A DNA stretch of 64,000 bases from positions 2,688 to 66,687 of the forward strand of contig JANQNF010000005.1 in the NCBI GenBank assembly GCA_028279705.1. Reading direction: 5' to 3'. The DNA is from an archaeon. GTDB lineage: Archaea > Aenigmatarchaeota > Aenigmatarchaeia > QMZP01 > JAFGSV01. This document shows, piece by piece, positions 35,443-45,459 of the stretch; position 1 is the first letter of the stretch; each line of letters begins with the position of its first letter. The position numbers and the translations under genes were made by a program. The notes under the pieces were generated by a model. That model saw only the letters and a list, made by a program, of their open reading frames with translations. It ran no database searches and had not been told where the DNA came from.

Positions 35443-35654
35443 CGACCAGCAAGATTATACTCCACGGAAGTGTCCATGACGGTAATGAGCTTACCACAGA
35501 AGCCAGCTTGGAGCACTTCAGAGAATTACCCGATGATCTATACATTCGGATGCAAGGAGTGTATTTCAAGTGTGTGGATGTTGAGGGTAACGATTTTCAC
35601 TTCGAAGTAATACCACCGGATGAGATCCATGATTGTTATTCCGACCGACAGTGA
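35439..35654 (+). CDS. Hypothetical protein (GTG start)
   Basis: GTG at 35439 overlaps the upstream TGA (GTGA). GGGAGG lies upstream. Confidence 0.4.
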   Translation: MTTSKIILHGSVHDGNELTTEASLEHFRELPDDLYIRMQGVYFKCVDVEGNDFHFEVIPPDEIHDCYSDRQ

Positions 35655-35820
35655 CTTCTGGGAATGGCTTGAATCCAACAGAGTGGTTTATTTTGGGAAG
35701 GAGGTGTGCTTTCAAATATCTGATATAGAGGAACCGTTCGAAGACCGTTTGAGAAAGTGTTGCGAGCTGAGGGGAGTACCCTACGTTCCATCTGATCACC
35801 CTGATAGACAGTCCCGATAA
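35620..35820 (+). CDS. Hypothetical small protein
   Basis: 66 aa. Confidence 0.35.
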   Translation: MRSMIVIPTDSDFWEWLESNRVVYFGKEVCFQISDIEEPFEDRLRKCCELRGVPYVPSDHPDRQSR

Positions 35821-35837
35821 AGTAGAAGGAGAACCTT

Positions 35838-36992
35838 ATGTTCAAGAAGTTTATTATTTCAGCGTTGATGGTGTTGGGAGGCCTGTACTCTCTCCCAGAG
35901 AATCATGCGCAGGTAATCGGAGAACCAGGAGTTCACGTTGAGTACCAAGCAGCAGAAGTCAACCTAGCCGAAGGGATGGTATTTCCCCATAAAGCCGGTG
36001 GACAAATCCTGGGAGCAGGTACTGGACCAGCAATCAAGAACAACAATCTGAAGGGGAACACTACTCAGTTCTATTGGCAGGGTGCTACGGGACCTATGAT
36101 GAAGGTGTACGGTTCCCACTACCTCATTGACGGGTTTTCCTTACATGGCCAGTATTGGCAGAACAAGGAGTTAGTTGGTGAGAAAGCTGATATAGGACTT
36201 CTTATTGCCAAGAAGCCGGGTCTAGGGACAGGGAAACACGATATCCGCCGGTTGTATATTTCCAATACAAAGGTTGGGATGCAGTTTGGAGAAACAGAGA
36301 ACGACCACAACTGCGATGAATGCCAGATAGGCTTCTACCAATCCCATCAAAACGATGTAGGTGTCAAGCTGAAAAACAGCATGGCAATGGGACATCACTT
36401 TGAACGGTACATTGGGAAAGGCACCCCAATCCACTTTCAGATAGATGCTGGAGGTAAGGTATCCGTCGATAAGGTATTCATTGTCAAAGGAACCCTGTTA
36501 CACTTCTCAGACGATAACGAGAACAAGTTCACAGGACCTAACAACGGTTCCTTCTGGTTCAGAAGCCTACACGCTGACCAGCAGAGTGGGAGTGATATGA
36601 GGTATCTGGTGATGGAGAGATCCTTACCGCTTCATGTTACCTTTGACGGTGGGCACATTTCCTACGACAAGTATTACCAAGAAGATGCTAGGCTATGTGT
36701 AGCCAAGGGGCCAGCCGTTATCATCTTACGGGATATCAATAATCTTCAACGTGGTATGTTAGGGGGAACCCCAGAGGATAGACCTGGGAATTGGCCTGAT
36801 ACACATCCTACTTATATTGTTGAAAACTGCCGGTTGGCAGGAATGTCGAGTGTAGCGGAGTTGGCAGCACCCGGTTCCACTATTACCATCATAGGTCGGA
36901 GTAATATCCGCCACTGGACTAACGAACTTCTACCAGATGGTACGTTTCACATAGTCCCACCTGAACCCTTTACACCGGGAGGAACAAACTAA
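35838..36992 (+). CDS. Secreted protein, likely right-handed beta-helix (pectate-lyase-like) fold
   Basis: Signal peptide MFKKFIISALMVLGGLYSLPENHAQ. Gly/Asn-rich repetitive beta-type sequence. 384 aa. Confidence 0.55.
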   Translation: MFKKFIISALMVLGGLYSLPENHAQVIGEPGVHVEYQAAEVNLAEGMVFPHKAGGQILGAGTGPAIKNNNLKGNTTQFYWQGATGPMMKVYGSHYLIDGFSLHGQYWQNKELVGEKADIGLLIAKKPGLGTGKHDIRRLYISNTKVGMQFGETENDHNCDECQIGFYQSHQNDVGVKLKNSMAMGHHFERYIGKGTPIHFQIDAGGKVSVDKVFIVKGTLLHFSDDNENKFTGPNNGSFWFRSLHADQQSGSDMRYLVMERSLPLHVTFDGGHISYDKYYQEDARLCVAKGPAVIILRDINNLQRGMLGGTPEDRPGNWPDTHPTYIVENCRLAGMSSVAELAAPGSTITIIGRSNIRHWTNELLPDGTFHIVPPEPFTPGGTN

Positions 36993-37264
36993 TGCAACGT
37001 CGAGAGTTTCTCAGAAACCTGAGAGATGGAATTGCGGGTGTCGCGATCGGCGGACCTGCGGTCCTTACGATCATTTCGTCGAACTCGGGAACAACGACAA
37101 TCACGCAAAGCTACGAAGAATACTGCATTGAACAGTACGGTCATCCCTGTACCACGACCCTCCCACCGGAGTACTTCAAAGATCCTAACTTTGCGGAGTG
37201 GTACGATAACGTAAAAAGAGGAGGAATCAGCTTTGATCGACAGAATCAGAACGATCGTCAATAA
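36992..37264 (+). CDS. Small protein with twin-arginine (Tat) signal peptide
   Basis: MQRREFLRNLRDGIAGVAIGGPA carries the S/T-RR-x-F-L consensus. Confidence 0.55.
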   Translation: MQRREFLRNLRDGIAGVAIGGPAVLTIISSNSGTTTITQSYEEYCIEQYGHPCTTTLPPEYFKDPNFAEWYDNVKRGGISFDRQNQNDRQ

Positions 37265-37721
37265 CTTCCTGGTCGTGGGCTTGTGGCTGACTCTGTTAGT
37301 CTTTGGCTTTACAATCCATGGAAGACCGTACATAGATGCTCTCAATACGCACTTGGCCAATCAGGAGTTCTTCTACTTCTTTGGTGACCTTGCTGTGGGA
37401 GCATTTTGTTTTACCCCGTCTAATATGTTCCTGGTATCTGTGTTATCCTGTTTCATAGGAGCAGAGCTTGCCAGACGTACTGAAGAGGGTGAGATACCTG
37501 TAGAAGAACATCCTAACTATCCACTACTTTGGAAAGACGCTCTGATGCGCGGGTTCGTTTGCTTCTTCAGTGTATTCTTCGTCATAGGTTGGATGGATGC
37601 TCAGAAACTGCTTAACGCTGGCCAAGAGGATTACTTCAAGGCCGTCGGGATGGTAGTCCCAGTCAGTCTCGGAGCCGGGTTCAACCCCAAGAAAATCCCA
37701 GCATTGATTTTTAGGAGTTAA
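37233..37721 (+). CDS. Hypothetical polytopic membrane protein (TTG start)
   Basis: AGGAGGA RBS before TTG 37233. At least four hydrophobic helices. Confidence 0.45.
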   Translation: MIDRIRTIVNNFLVVGLWLTLLVFGFTIHGRPYIDALNTHLANQEFFYFFGDLAVGAFCFTPSNMFLVSVLSCFIGAELARRTEEGEIPVEEHPNYPLLWKDALMRGFVCFFSVFFVIGWMDAQKLLNAGQEDYFKAVGMVVPVSLGAGFNPKKIPALIFRS

Positions 37722-37723
37722 CT

Positions 37724-38536
37724 GTGCCTCCAAAGGAAAACAAAATCAAGGAAGGTGGTAGGGTGAAGAAACCGAAGAAACGCGGTTACGAACCTAAGAG
37801 TCCAGCCGGTAAGAAGCGTGTGATGGAGCGCCGTCGCCGGCGAGGTATTGTTCGTAGGGAGATCCTCAAGGGTAACACCAACGTTACAGAGCTGGCTGAA
37901 AAGCTGGGAGTATCCCGTGGAACTATAAGTAAGGATATGCGTTGGGTATTCCAGCAATGGAAATTTGCTGACGAGAAAATGTTCGTCAACGATCAAACTC
38001 GCCGTGCTGCCCGCGTTCAACAACTTATGGACACCATCAACCGTGCTGTGGAAGCTTTCGAAGACAGTCAGGAGGATGCGGAAAAGGTAGTTACCCACAA
38101 AGTCAACAAGAAGTGCTTCGCCTGCAACGGTACAGGCCTCAAGAGGCTAAACGGGCAGAAAGTACAGAAAAACGGGAGTGCGCAGCGAGAGACTTGTCAG
38201 GAGTGCAGTGGTAAGCGTACAATTGCGGTCGTAACAGAAACTCGTGAAACCAGAGGACAAGCAGGTGATGCAGCATTTCTAAACGTCATTAGATCGTGTG
38301 TAAGGGACATCGCGGACCTTGAAGGACTCCGTACTACGAAGCATGAACATAGTGGCGCTGTGACAACAGATCTGCTTATCCGCTTGGTAGCTGAGTTGGA
38401 AAATACAGGAGACCAAATGATCACTGATGATGCGATAGATGCTATTGCGTACAAGGCTCTAGCCCATCAAAAGTCTCAGGAGGAGGAAGATGAGTTCACT
38501 ACAGAGCAAATCACGGAAGCAGCCGAGAGTCCGTAG
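37724..38536 (+). CDS. Putative terminase small subunit (HTH DNA-binding protein)
   Basis: GTG start with AGGAG RBS. HTH VTELAEKLGVSRGTISKDM. Basic N-terminus; central CxxC..CxxC. Confidence 0.5.
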   Translation: MPPKENKIKEGGRVKKPKKRGYEPKSPAGKKRVMERRRRRGIVRREILKGNTNVTELAEKLGVSRGTISKDMRWVFQQWKFADEKMFVNDQTRRAARVQQLMDTINRAVEAFEDSQEDAEKVVTHKVNKKCFACNGTGLKRLNGQKVQKNGSAQRETCQECSGKRTIAVVTETRETRGQAGDAAFLNVIRSCVRDIADLEGLRTTKHEHSGAVTTDLLIRLVAELENTGDQMITDDAIDAIAYKALAHQKSQEEEDEFTTEQITEAAESP

Positions 38537-38712
38537 GAAAGCATACCTACAAGGACAGGACGCTGCTCGGAACCAGGAACCGGATTCCATTTGTCCTTAC
38601 CGTTCCAAGAATTCTAAGAACCAAGTAGGTAGTTCATTGGAAAGTGAAAATCGACAACTATGGTTCGACGGATATTTGGATTACATATTCCAACAGAAAT
38701 ATGGAGACTAAT

Positions 38713-39033
38713 ATGGAAGTTAGTAGCAGCAAATTCCATGAGTTGATTACTTTCGCCTTGTCAGAGTGTATGGGCGCGAACCCGTTTGACGGGGAACATC
38801 GCCTTGCTATTATGGACGAAGCGGGTGAAGAATTGCTCATCAGCATACCACTAGGACCCGCAGTAAGTTCAATCAAGTGTATTGCTGACTGTCTCCTACA
38901 TTCCCACAGCACAGGAACTATCAAACTAGCAGAGGACTGTAAGATTGCTTTGGAGAACGTTTCCTTCCAGTTGTCCGAGATAGTTGACTACGATGTTTTT
39001 GAACCACCAAGCGACCAGGATGATGAAACGTAG
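38713..39033 (+). CDS. Hypothetical acidic protein
   Basis: GGAGA RBS then ATG 38713; longer alternatives exist from 38644. Confidence 0.4.
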   Translation: MEVSSSKFHELITFALSECMGANPFDGEHRLAIMDEAGEELLISIPLGPAVSSIKCIADCLLHSHSTGTIKLAEDCKIALENVSFQLSEIVDYDVFEPPSDQDDET

Positions 39034-39121
39034 GTAAGGCTCCTCAGGTTTTGGCCTCGTTCGGCTGCCTCCGTGCCGGTTAACAGTCTGGAGTAAATCC
39101 AGCCTACGGAGTTATTTTATT

Positions 39122-40723
39122 ATGGGACTAGACAATACCAGCAAGAAGCTCCAGGAAATCCTGGCAGATCCAGTACGTTTCACAAAGATGTGCTGGCCAA
39201 AGATCAAGCTCTACGATCGTCAGCAAGAAGTTCTTTATTCTGTACGAGACAATATTGAAACGTTCGTACACGCTGCTAATGAAGTGGGTAAGGACTTTAT
39301 TGCCAGTATCGCGGTCGTGTGGTTCTATGCCAGCCGGACTCCATGCAAAGTCGTAACCAGCAGTTCTGGTGAAACCCAACTCAAGTCAATTCTCTGGGGA
39401 GAAATAAACGAGCGCATAGAAACCAGCCGGTTTGAGTTTCCTTTTGAAGTCAAAGACCTACGCATCTACAAGGTTAATTCAGAAGGAAAGAGAGATCCCA
39501 GGTCGTATGTTATTGGGCAAGTGACCAAGGTAGTTGAAAACTTCCAAGGACATCACTTACCTCATGACAAGCCCAGAGTCCTTGCTGTGTTTGATGAAGC
39601 CTCTGGTATTGCTGACCCGTTCTATGAAGCTTGTGAATCATGGGCACACAGGAAGTTGATTATTGGTAACCCGCTCAGCACAACCAACTTCTTTTTCCGA
39701 GGTTGCAAGAAAGGTGATGAGGAAGACCCTGCTGAAAGCGGTGGATTGCTGAAGAAGGTAATTCATATTGACGGCTTAGATAGTCCGAATGTCAAGGTCG
39801 GTAAGAAATGTGAGGAGCTCGGTGTTAAACGGCCTCACCCGATTGTTGTTCCTGGTGTGCTCAGCTACGATGAATACCTACGACGTTCACACAAGTGGGA
39901 TCACGTCAAACGAACCATGCGACTGGATGGACACTTCTACGAAGGTGAAGGAGCCTTACTATTCCCACCTGACTGGTTAGACCTGTGTGAAGAACTGTAC
40001 AAGATCCTCAACCCTTATGGCTACGATACACCCTACAGGAGAGTCATCAACGGCGAAACCCGGAAAGCCAAAGGTATGGGAGTTGACACCGGTGCTGGAC
40101 GTGACTTATCCTGCTGGAGTATTGTTGACAAGCTGGGACTAATTGAACAGATAACGTTAGAAACACCCAACACAATGGAAGTCGCGTCACAGACCATCAG
40201 CCTGATGAGGGACTACGATTTGGAACCCCATGAAATCGTGTTTGATGCTGGTGGTGGAGGTAAGCAGATATCCGACCGGCTAATTGAACAAGGATATAAC
40301 GTTCGTGCTGTGTACTTCGCTGGTTCCCCAAGTCCAGAACGTACCAAGAAGAAGTTATCCACGGCCGAAAAGAAGGATGATGACCAGACCAAACAGGTGT
40401 ACAAGAACAAGCGAGCTGAGCTGTACGGTATAGCCAGCGAACTGTGTGATCCGGGATTGTGCGAAGAATACAATCGTCCTGTGTTTACAATCCCAGAAGA
40501 CCTATACCATTTGCGCCAAGAACTTGCTATAATGCCGAAGCAATACGACAGCGAAGGCAGAATGTTTTTACCACCGAAAGAACGACCTCCCGGTAACAAG
40601 AACCCTGATCTGGTTGTTATTAAGGAAATACTTGGAAGAAGTCCAGACCGTGCAGACAGTCTTTGTTTAGGAATGTATGCTATGGAAGAGTCTGGAGCAC
40701 CACGAGTAGCAGGAGCAGTGTAA
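39122..40723 (+). CDS. Terminase large subunit (ATPase + RNase H-like nuclease)
   Basis: Walker B-like VLAVFDEASGI. C-terminal nuclease segment VFDAGGGGKQ. 533 aa; follows the small subunit. Confidence 0.85.
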   Translation: MGLDNTSKKLQEILADPVRFTKMCWPKIKLYDRQQEVLYSVRDNIETFVHAANEVGKDFIASIAVVWFYASRTPCKVVTSSSGETQLKSILWGEINERIETSRFEFPFEVKDLRIYKVNSEGKRDPRSYVIGQVTKVVENFQGHHLPHDKPRVLAVFDEASGIADPFYEACESWAHRKLIIGNPLSTTNFFFRGCKKGDEEDPAESGGLLKKVIHIDGLDSPNVKVGKKCEELGVKRPHPIVVPGVLSYDEYLRRSHKWDHVKRTMRLDGHFYEGEGALLFPPDWLDLCEELYKILNPYGYDTPYRRVINGETRKAKGMGVDTGAGRDLSCWSIVDKLGLIEQITLETPNTMEVASQTISLMRDYDLEPHEIVFDAGGGGKQISDRLIEQGYNVRAVYFAGSPSPERTKKKLSTAEKKDDDQTKQVYKNKRAELYGIASELCDPGLCEEYNRPVFTIPEDLYHLRQELAIMPKQYDSEGRMFLPPKERPPGNKNPDLVVIKEILGRSPDRADSLCLGMYAMEESGAPRVAGAV

Positions 40724-40929
40724 TGACCGGACCACGTCCAAGCGTAGGTAGCGCTGAAGAGACTTCTAGGACTTGCCTCAAGTGCTTGAATTCCTTCATG
40801 AGCAATCTACCAAAATCAGAGAAGCGTATATGCCCAACGTGCGAGAGATCCAACAAGCGCATCGTTGGGAACTCACATGAGCCAAGATCTAAAGTGGTCC
40901 TAGGCTCCAAAACTAATCTTCCTACATAA
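40723..40929 (+). CDS. Hypothetical zinc-ribbon protein
   Basis: CLKC...CPTC. Confidence 0.4.
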   Translation: MTGPRPSVGSAEETSRTCLKCLNSFMSNLPKSEKRICPTCERSNKRIVGNSHEPRSKVVLGSKTNLPT

Positions 40930-40940
40930 GGAACTTACAG

Positions 40941-41195
40941 ATGGCCAAGGATATCGACCTCCGTCCTACCAAGGACAAAGCCGATAATGAACTTTCAACC
41001 AAGCAGCGCAAGATCCGTGAGCAAGAACAGGAAGCTGCCAGCCGGTTGAAGGGCATGAAGTTCACCGTTGAAATCGAAGTACCACCGCAAGAAGGTGGTC
41101 GTATGTGCAATTTCCACCAGATCGCTGCGTGCTGCACTGCTCAATTCAACAAGGTGATGTCAGAGAAAGTCAACGACTACCTGTCGCAAGAGTAA
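40941..41195 (+). CDS. Hypothetical protein
   Basis: 84 aa. Confidence 0.45.
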   Translation: MAKDIDLRPTKDKADNELSTKQRKIREQEQEAASRLKGMKFTVEIEVPPQEGGRMCNFHQIAACCTAQFNKVMSEKVNDYLSQE

Positions 41196-41199
41196 CGTC

Positions 41200-41895
41200 A
41201 TGGGAATGGTACATAAATTCGGCGCTAATGATGATGTTGACACTGGTTCAGACCCTGAAGATATTTGGGATGTCGGTGGACTGTATTCGTTTCTTAGTGC
41301 CGCGAGTACTTCTTTTGAAGTCTCGTCCGACGATGCTAACGACACGGCTGCTGGAAGTGGAGCTCAGTCAGTCTGTGTAGTAGGGTGTGATGAAAACTAT
41401 CAGCAGGTGACGGAGACCGTTGCTACAAATGGAGTTACTCCTGTCAGTCTGTCTTCTAGTTTTTACAGAGTCTTCAGAGCTTACGTTATTGACGTAGGAG
41501 CTGGTGGAGTCAATGCTGGTAATATTGACATCGCAATCGGTGCTACTGTGTACGCCAGGATTTCGGCAGGTAAAGGTCAAACCCTTATGGCGATTTACAC
41601 TGTTAGCGAAAAAGGTGGATTACTCAAAAACTATCACGCCTCGCTCGCCCGGCAAAGTAATGGAGCAGCAACGATCGATCTTATGACCCGCGAACCTGGG
41701 AAGTCTTGGCGAGTACGGGACGAAGTTGGGTTGCATTCTTCCGGTGGACCTTGGTCTTATGACTTTGGTGAACCAAGTGATCAGGAAGGGATTGTACTTC
41801 CTGCGGGCACAGACGTCAAACTCACCGTAGCAGAAGTCACTGCTAATAACACAACCGTAGCGGCAGGATTTAAGATACGGGAACATTATAGGTAG
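41200..41895 (+). CDS. Hypothetical protein
   Basis: 231 aa; Gly/Ala/Ser-rich beta-type sequence. Confidence 0.5.
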   Translation: MGMVHKFGANDDVDTGSDPEDIWDVGGLYSFLSAASTSFEVSSDDANDTAAGSGAQSVCVVGCDENYQQVTETVATNGVTPVSLSSSFYRVFRAYVIDVGAGGVNAGNIDIAIGATVYARISAGKGQTLMAIYTVSEKGGLLKNYHASLARQSNGAATIDLMTREPGKSWRVRDEVGLHSSGGPWSYDFGEPSDQEGIVLPAGTDVKLTVAEVTANNTTVAAGFKIREHYR

Positions 41896-41901
41896 TTTAC
41901 C

Positions 41902-43539
41902 ATGAGTGAACAAGAAACCAAACGAATGGCTGAAGCTCTCTTAAATGAGGACAGTTACGTTAATGGGGCGTCCAATGGACACGTTCAAGAAGAGCCTGCG
42001 CTGAACATGCGTGATATGGCTTTTCTTTTGAATGAGGTCTTCACATCCCGAACCAAGCTCATGGATAACCTGTTCGACTCCCGTCGAGACATTGATACTG
42101 AGTGCGGTTACCCAAAAACAATCACAGCCGAACAGTTCCGTACTATGTACGAGCGGAACGGTATTGCTGAGCGGGTGGTCAATGTATACCCTGAGGAAAC
42201 TTGGGGGATGGATCCCGTTGTCAAAGAAAATGACAAGGTCAAGGAAACGGACTTTGAGAAAAGCTGGCGCGAGTTAGAGGAAGAGCTTGGCCTGTATGCT
42301 TTTATGGAACGGGCTGACGAACTCAGCGGTATCGGCCGATACGGGGTGATGTTGTTAGGCTTCGACGACGGTCGTGACCTTAAGGAACCGCTACCAGGAC
42401 TCAAGAAAGATGGAACGTTCAGGGAAAACAACAAACCGTTGAAGCTTCTATATGTGCGTACCTTCGATGAAGAATCAGCCAAGGTCAGTAAGTTCAATTC
42501 TGACAAGAACAATCCTCGGTACGGATATCCTGAGGAATACGATATCAAGTTCTTGGAGTACAGTGCTGAACAAACTTCAGAAGGCGGAGAGGCTGTTACA
42601 ACCCAACAGAAAGTCCACTGGAGTCGTATCATCCATATAGCAGACAACCGCAAGAATAGCGAAGTGTTTGCTACCCCCCGACAACAGCCTGTATGGAACC
42701 GGCTGTACGATATTCGTAAGATGTTGGGCGGTTCGGGTGAGATGTACTGGCGTGGAGCATTCCCAGGCATCAGTCTAGAAACGATGCCCGGCTTTGAAGA
42801 TGCTAAGATCGATACAACCACGACCAAGGAACGTATGCAAGACTATATGAACGGTCTTCAGCGTTATATGCTCAATATCGGTATGACTGCCAAGTCACTA
42901 CCCCCGCAAGTGGAAAGTCCTCGAGACTTCTTACTGGTACAACTCCAAGCCATCACAATCACAATCAAAGTTCCGTTGCGTATCTTCTTGGGTAGCGAGG
43001 CCGCGCAATTAGCTTCAGGGCAGGATACCCGTAACTTCAATCGGAGGATTAAACGACGTCAACACAAATACGTAAGCCCGTTTATCATCAAACCATTTGT
43101 TGAACGGCTTATCCAAGTCAAAGCAATTATTGCTCCTTCCGAAACAACAGAGGGAGGCCGACCTAAATTTGAAGTAGACTGGCCTGATATTGATGTTCCT
43201 ACTGAAAAGGACCAAGCAGAGATTGGTGACAAGTGGGCAGCAGCTTTGCAGAAGTACGTTACTTCAGGAATTGAAAAACTCGTGCCCCCACTCGAGTTCC
43301 TTACAATGTTCCTCGGTGTTCCTAAAGACCGGGCCAAAGTCATTGTAGACACGGCTAAGAAGAACAAAGAAAAAGACAAATTAACTGTTGATCCTGCGCC
43401 GGACCCTTCTAACGAGGGTGGTCAGTTTGATCCAGATGGAAACAAAGCTGCAAACATGGGTCAGCGAAACGACAAGAAGAATGCAAGCAAGAAAGATGTA
43501 AGCAAACTTCCTGGCGACAAGAAAGTAGACGCAACATAA
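41902..43539 (+). CDS. Putative portal protein
   Basis: 545 aa; position after the terminase; acidic/basic C-terminal tail. No motif-level proof. Confidence 0.55.
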   Translation: MSEQETKRMAEALLNEDSYVNGASNGHVQEEPALNMRDMAFLLNEVFTSRTKLMDNLFDSRRDIDTECGYPKTITAEQFRTMYERNGIAERVVNVYPEETWGMDPVVKENDKVKETDFEKSWRELEEELGLYAFMERADELSGIGRYGVMLLGFDDGRDLKEPLPGLKKDGTFRENNKPLKLLYVRTFDEESAKVSKFNSDKNNPRYGYPEEYDIKFLEYSAEQTSEGGEAVTTQQKVHWSRIIHIADNRKNSEVFATPRQQPVWNRLYDIRKMLGGSGEMYWRGAFPGISLETMPGFEDAKIDTTTTKERMQDYMNGLQRYMLNIGMTAKSLPPQVESPRDFLLVQLQAITITIKVPLRIFLGSEAAQLASGQDTRNFNRRIKRRQHKYVSPFIIKPFVERLIQVKAIIAPSETTEGGRPKFEVDWPDIDVPTEKDQAEIGDKWAAALQKYVTSGIEKLVPPLEFLTMFLGVPKDRAKVIVDTAKKNKEKDKLTVDPAPDPSNEGGQFDPDGNKAANMGQRNDKKNASKKDVSKLPGDKKVDAT

Positions 43540-43549
43540 GGAGCTTTTT

Positions 43550-43834
43550 GTGGCAGTAATCCTTGACACACCAAACAGTGAGGATCAAGTATCCTCCACT
43601 GTGACTATGACCGGACCTGCAACGTTTCAAGTATCTGGTACGTTTGCAGGATCGGAAGAAATCATTGCCGAGTGTCGTAAGACATCAGGCTCAGTAACTG
43701 ATTGGTATCCAATTGCTGAGTTGTCGTTGATCAATGGTCCTGGTCCTGTTAATATCACGTTGTACGGGATGGACCTCCGATTCAGACTAAACGACTTTGT
43801 AAGCGGGACCACGGAAGTTAAAATAGAGGATTAG
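43550..43834 (+). CDS. Hypothetical protein
   Basis: 94 aa. Confidence 0.45.
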   Translation: MAVILDTPNSEDQVSSTVTMTGPATFQVSGTFAGSEEIIAECRKTSGSVTDWYPIAELSLINGPGPVNITLYGMDLRFRLNDFVSGTTEVKIED

Positions 43835-43836
43835 TA

Positions 43837-44307
43837 ATGTCAAACGACTTATATATTCCTCGGTCATCGATCAACCCACCAATCAGGATGCCGGTGATAA
43901 GAACCTGTCGTTGCAATCCCGCAGCGTTTTCGCCGATAGGACCTGAATTAATCACCAACGGAACTTTCGATGGACAGAGTTCTTCAGGTTGGACGTTACA
44001 AGCTACGTGGTCGGTGAGTGTTTCTGATAAACTTTCAGGCTTGACTGACTTCATTTCAACCTATTATGCAACCCACGATACAGTCCAGTTCGTTGCTGGA
44101 CGTTTGTACAAAGTGCAGTTTGATGTGGATGCAATAGGTGGTGGAGGATTCAACCTACAAATAGGTGGATCCACCGTTTACTCTTTTGCATCAACAGGAA
44201 CTCACACACAGAACATTGTGCCAACCGTAACCGGAGTTCTCCGGTTTGAAAAACTCAGTAATCGAAATATCACACTGGATAATATTTCAGTTCGAGAACT
44301 GTTTTAA
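43837..44307 (+). CDS. Hypothetical protein with carbohydrate-binding-module-like segment
   Basis: ITNGTFDGQSSSGWTLQ is a CBM4/9-type opening. Confidence 0.45.
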   Translation: MSNDLYIPRSSINPPIRMPVIRTCRCNPAAFSPIGPELITNGTFDGQSSSGWTLQATWSVSVSDKLSGLTDFISTYYATHDTVQFVAGRLYKVQFDVDAIGGGGFNLQIGGSTVYSFASTGTHTQNIVPTVTGVLRFEKLSNRNITLDNISVRELF

Positions 44308-44373
44308 CAAGGAACCGAGTAGAAGACCGTCCCCCCTTCTCTCACCGTAAACAAAAGAAGGGAATCACCAACT

Positions 44374-44649
44374 ATGCTGATAGGAGAAATCACCGTGGCA
44401 GAAACCATTCAAGCGGTGATGCTGGTCATAATGACCATTATCTGTGGTAGTGGGATTCCTTGGGCGTTTCAGGTAGGCAAGAGACTAGCTAGTATCGAAG
44501 CCACAATAAAGGAAGGTATCGAACAGAAATTTGCCAACGTTGAAAACCGTCTGGAATCGCACAGTAACAAACTCAACAAACTACACGAAGAACACACCGA
44601 TTTGAAAGTCGAACTAGCAAAAATCGGTAAAGGAGAAAAAGATGTTTAG
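44374..44649 (+). CDS. Small membrane/coiled-coil protein (holin-like candidate)
   Basis: One TM segment AVMLVIMTIICGSGI, then a charged coiled coil. Confidence 0.4.
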   Translation: MLIGEITVAETIQAVMLVIMTIICGSGIPWAFQVGKRLASIEATIKEGIEQKFANVENRLESHSNKLNKLHEEHTDLKVELAKIGKGEKDV

Positions 44650-44854
44650 AAAAGCAATTGTTAATTGGAAAACAACCGTAGGGGGCATAATTGCCGCCGT
44701 GGCTGTTATCCTAAACGAAGTCAATCTGTTTTTCGACAATGATGCTGCCACCAACCCGGACTGGAACATTGTTGTCGCCGCAGTCGCTGCCATCTGGGTA
44801 GCGTTGAATATTCGGGATGCTGACAAATCATCCCAAGACAACGAGATTCGTTAA
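44642..44854 (+). CDS. Small two-TM protein (holin-like candidate)
   Basis: TM segments GGIIAAVAVILN and VVAAVAAIWVAL. Confidence 0.4.
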   Translation: MFRKAIVNWKTTVGGIIAAVAVILNEVNLFFDNDAATNPDWNIVVAAVAAIWVALNIRDADKSSQDNEIR

Positions 44855-44898
44855 TGTCTCGTTAAATTGTTTCTCATTAACTTTGGAAGGAGAGTAAC

Positions 44899-45459
44899 GT
44901 GAGAAATCTGTTTGTTGCGATTATCGCAAGTTTGATGTTCGTTCCGTGTGTAAGCGGTCAAGATGATCTACTGGCAAAAGAACTCGACAGTATTGAAGCT
45001 CAATACAACGAGAGCCAGGAACAGTCCAAGGAAGATAACTCAACCCTCAAGAAAGTCAGTACACCAATCCCACAGGAGGAAGCCGCTCAAGGTACGTTCC
45101 ACCGTACTGTGATCAAAGCAGCTAGGAACAAAGTCAAGTCCGGCGAACTCAGCCGACGGGACTTCATGCGCCTTCGTATTGCCATGATGTCTCCGGCCTT
45201 CCGGGCGCACGCGGAAGACTTTGCCGTCATCCAAATGGCGTTTTCCGATTCGGAGAATGTTCCTGTTACAGAAGACGGTGGAGTTGACCGGACTGCAATT
45301 GACTGGGACGCAATTATTGCGTTCATTGAGAAGTTGATCCCACTGCTGATTCAGATCATCGACATATTTTCACAGATGGGAATGGACACGTCCCACCTGT
45401 ATGACACGCTTCATGCTTGTCTTTTCACTTTGGATCACGCTAAGGCACAGCAAGGATGA
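44899..45459 (+). CDS. Secreted hypothetical protein (GTG start)
   Basis: Signal peptide MRNLFVAIIASLMFVPCVSG. RBS GGAAGGAG. Confidence 0.5.
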   Translation: MRNLFVAIIASLMFVPCVSGQDDLLAKELDSIEAQYNESQEQSKEDNSTLKKVSTPIPQEEAAQGTFHRTVIKAARNKVKSGELSRRDFMRLRIAMMSPAFRAHAEDFAVIQMAFSDSENVPVTEDGGVDRTAIDWDAIIAFIEKLIPLLIQIIDIFSQMGMDTSHLYDTLHACLFTLDHAKAQQG

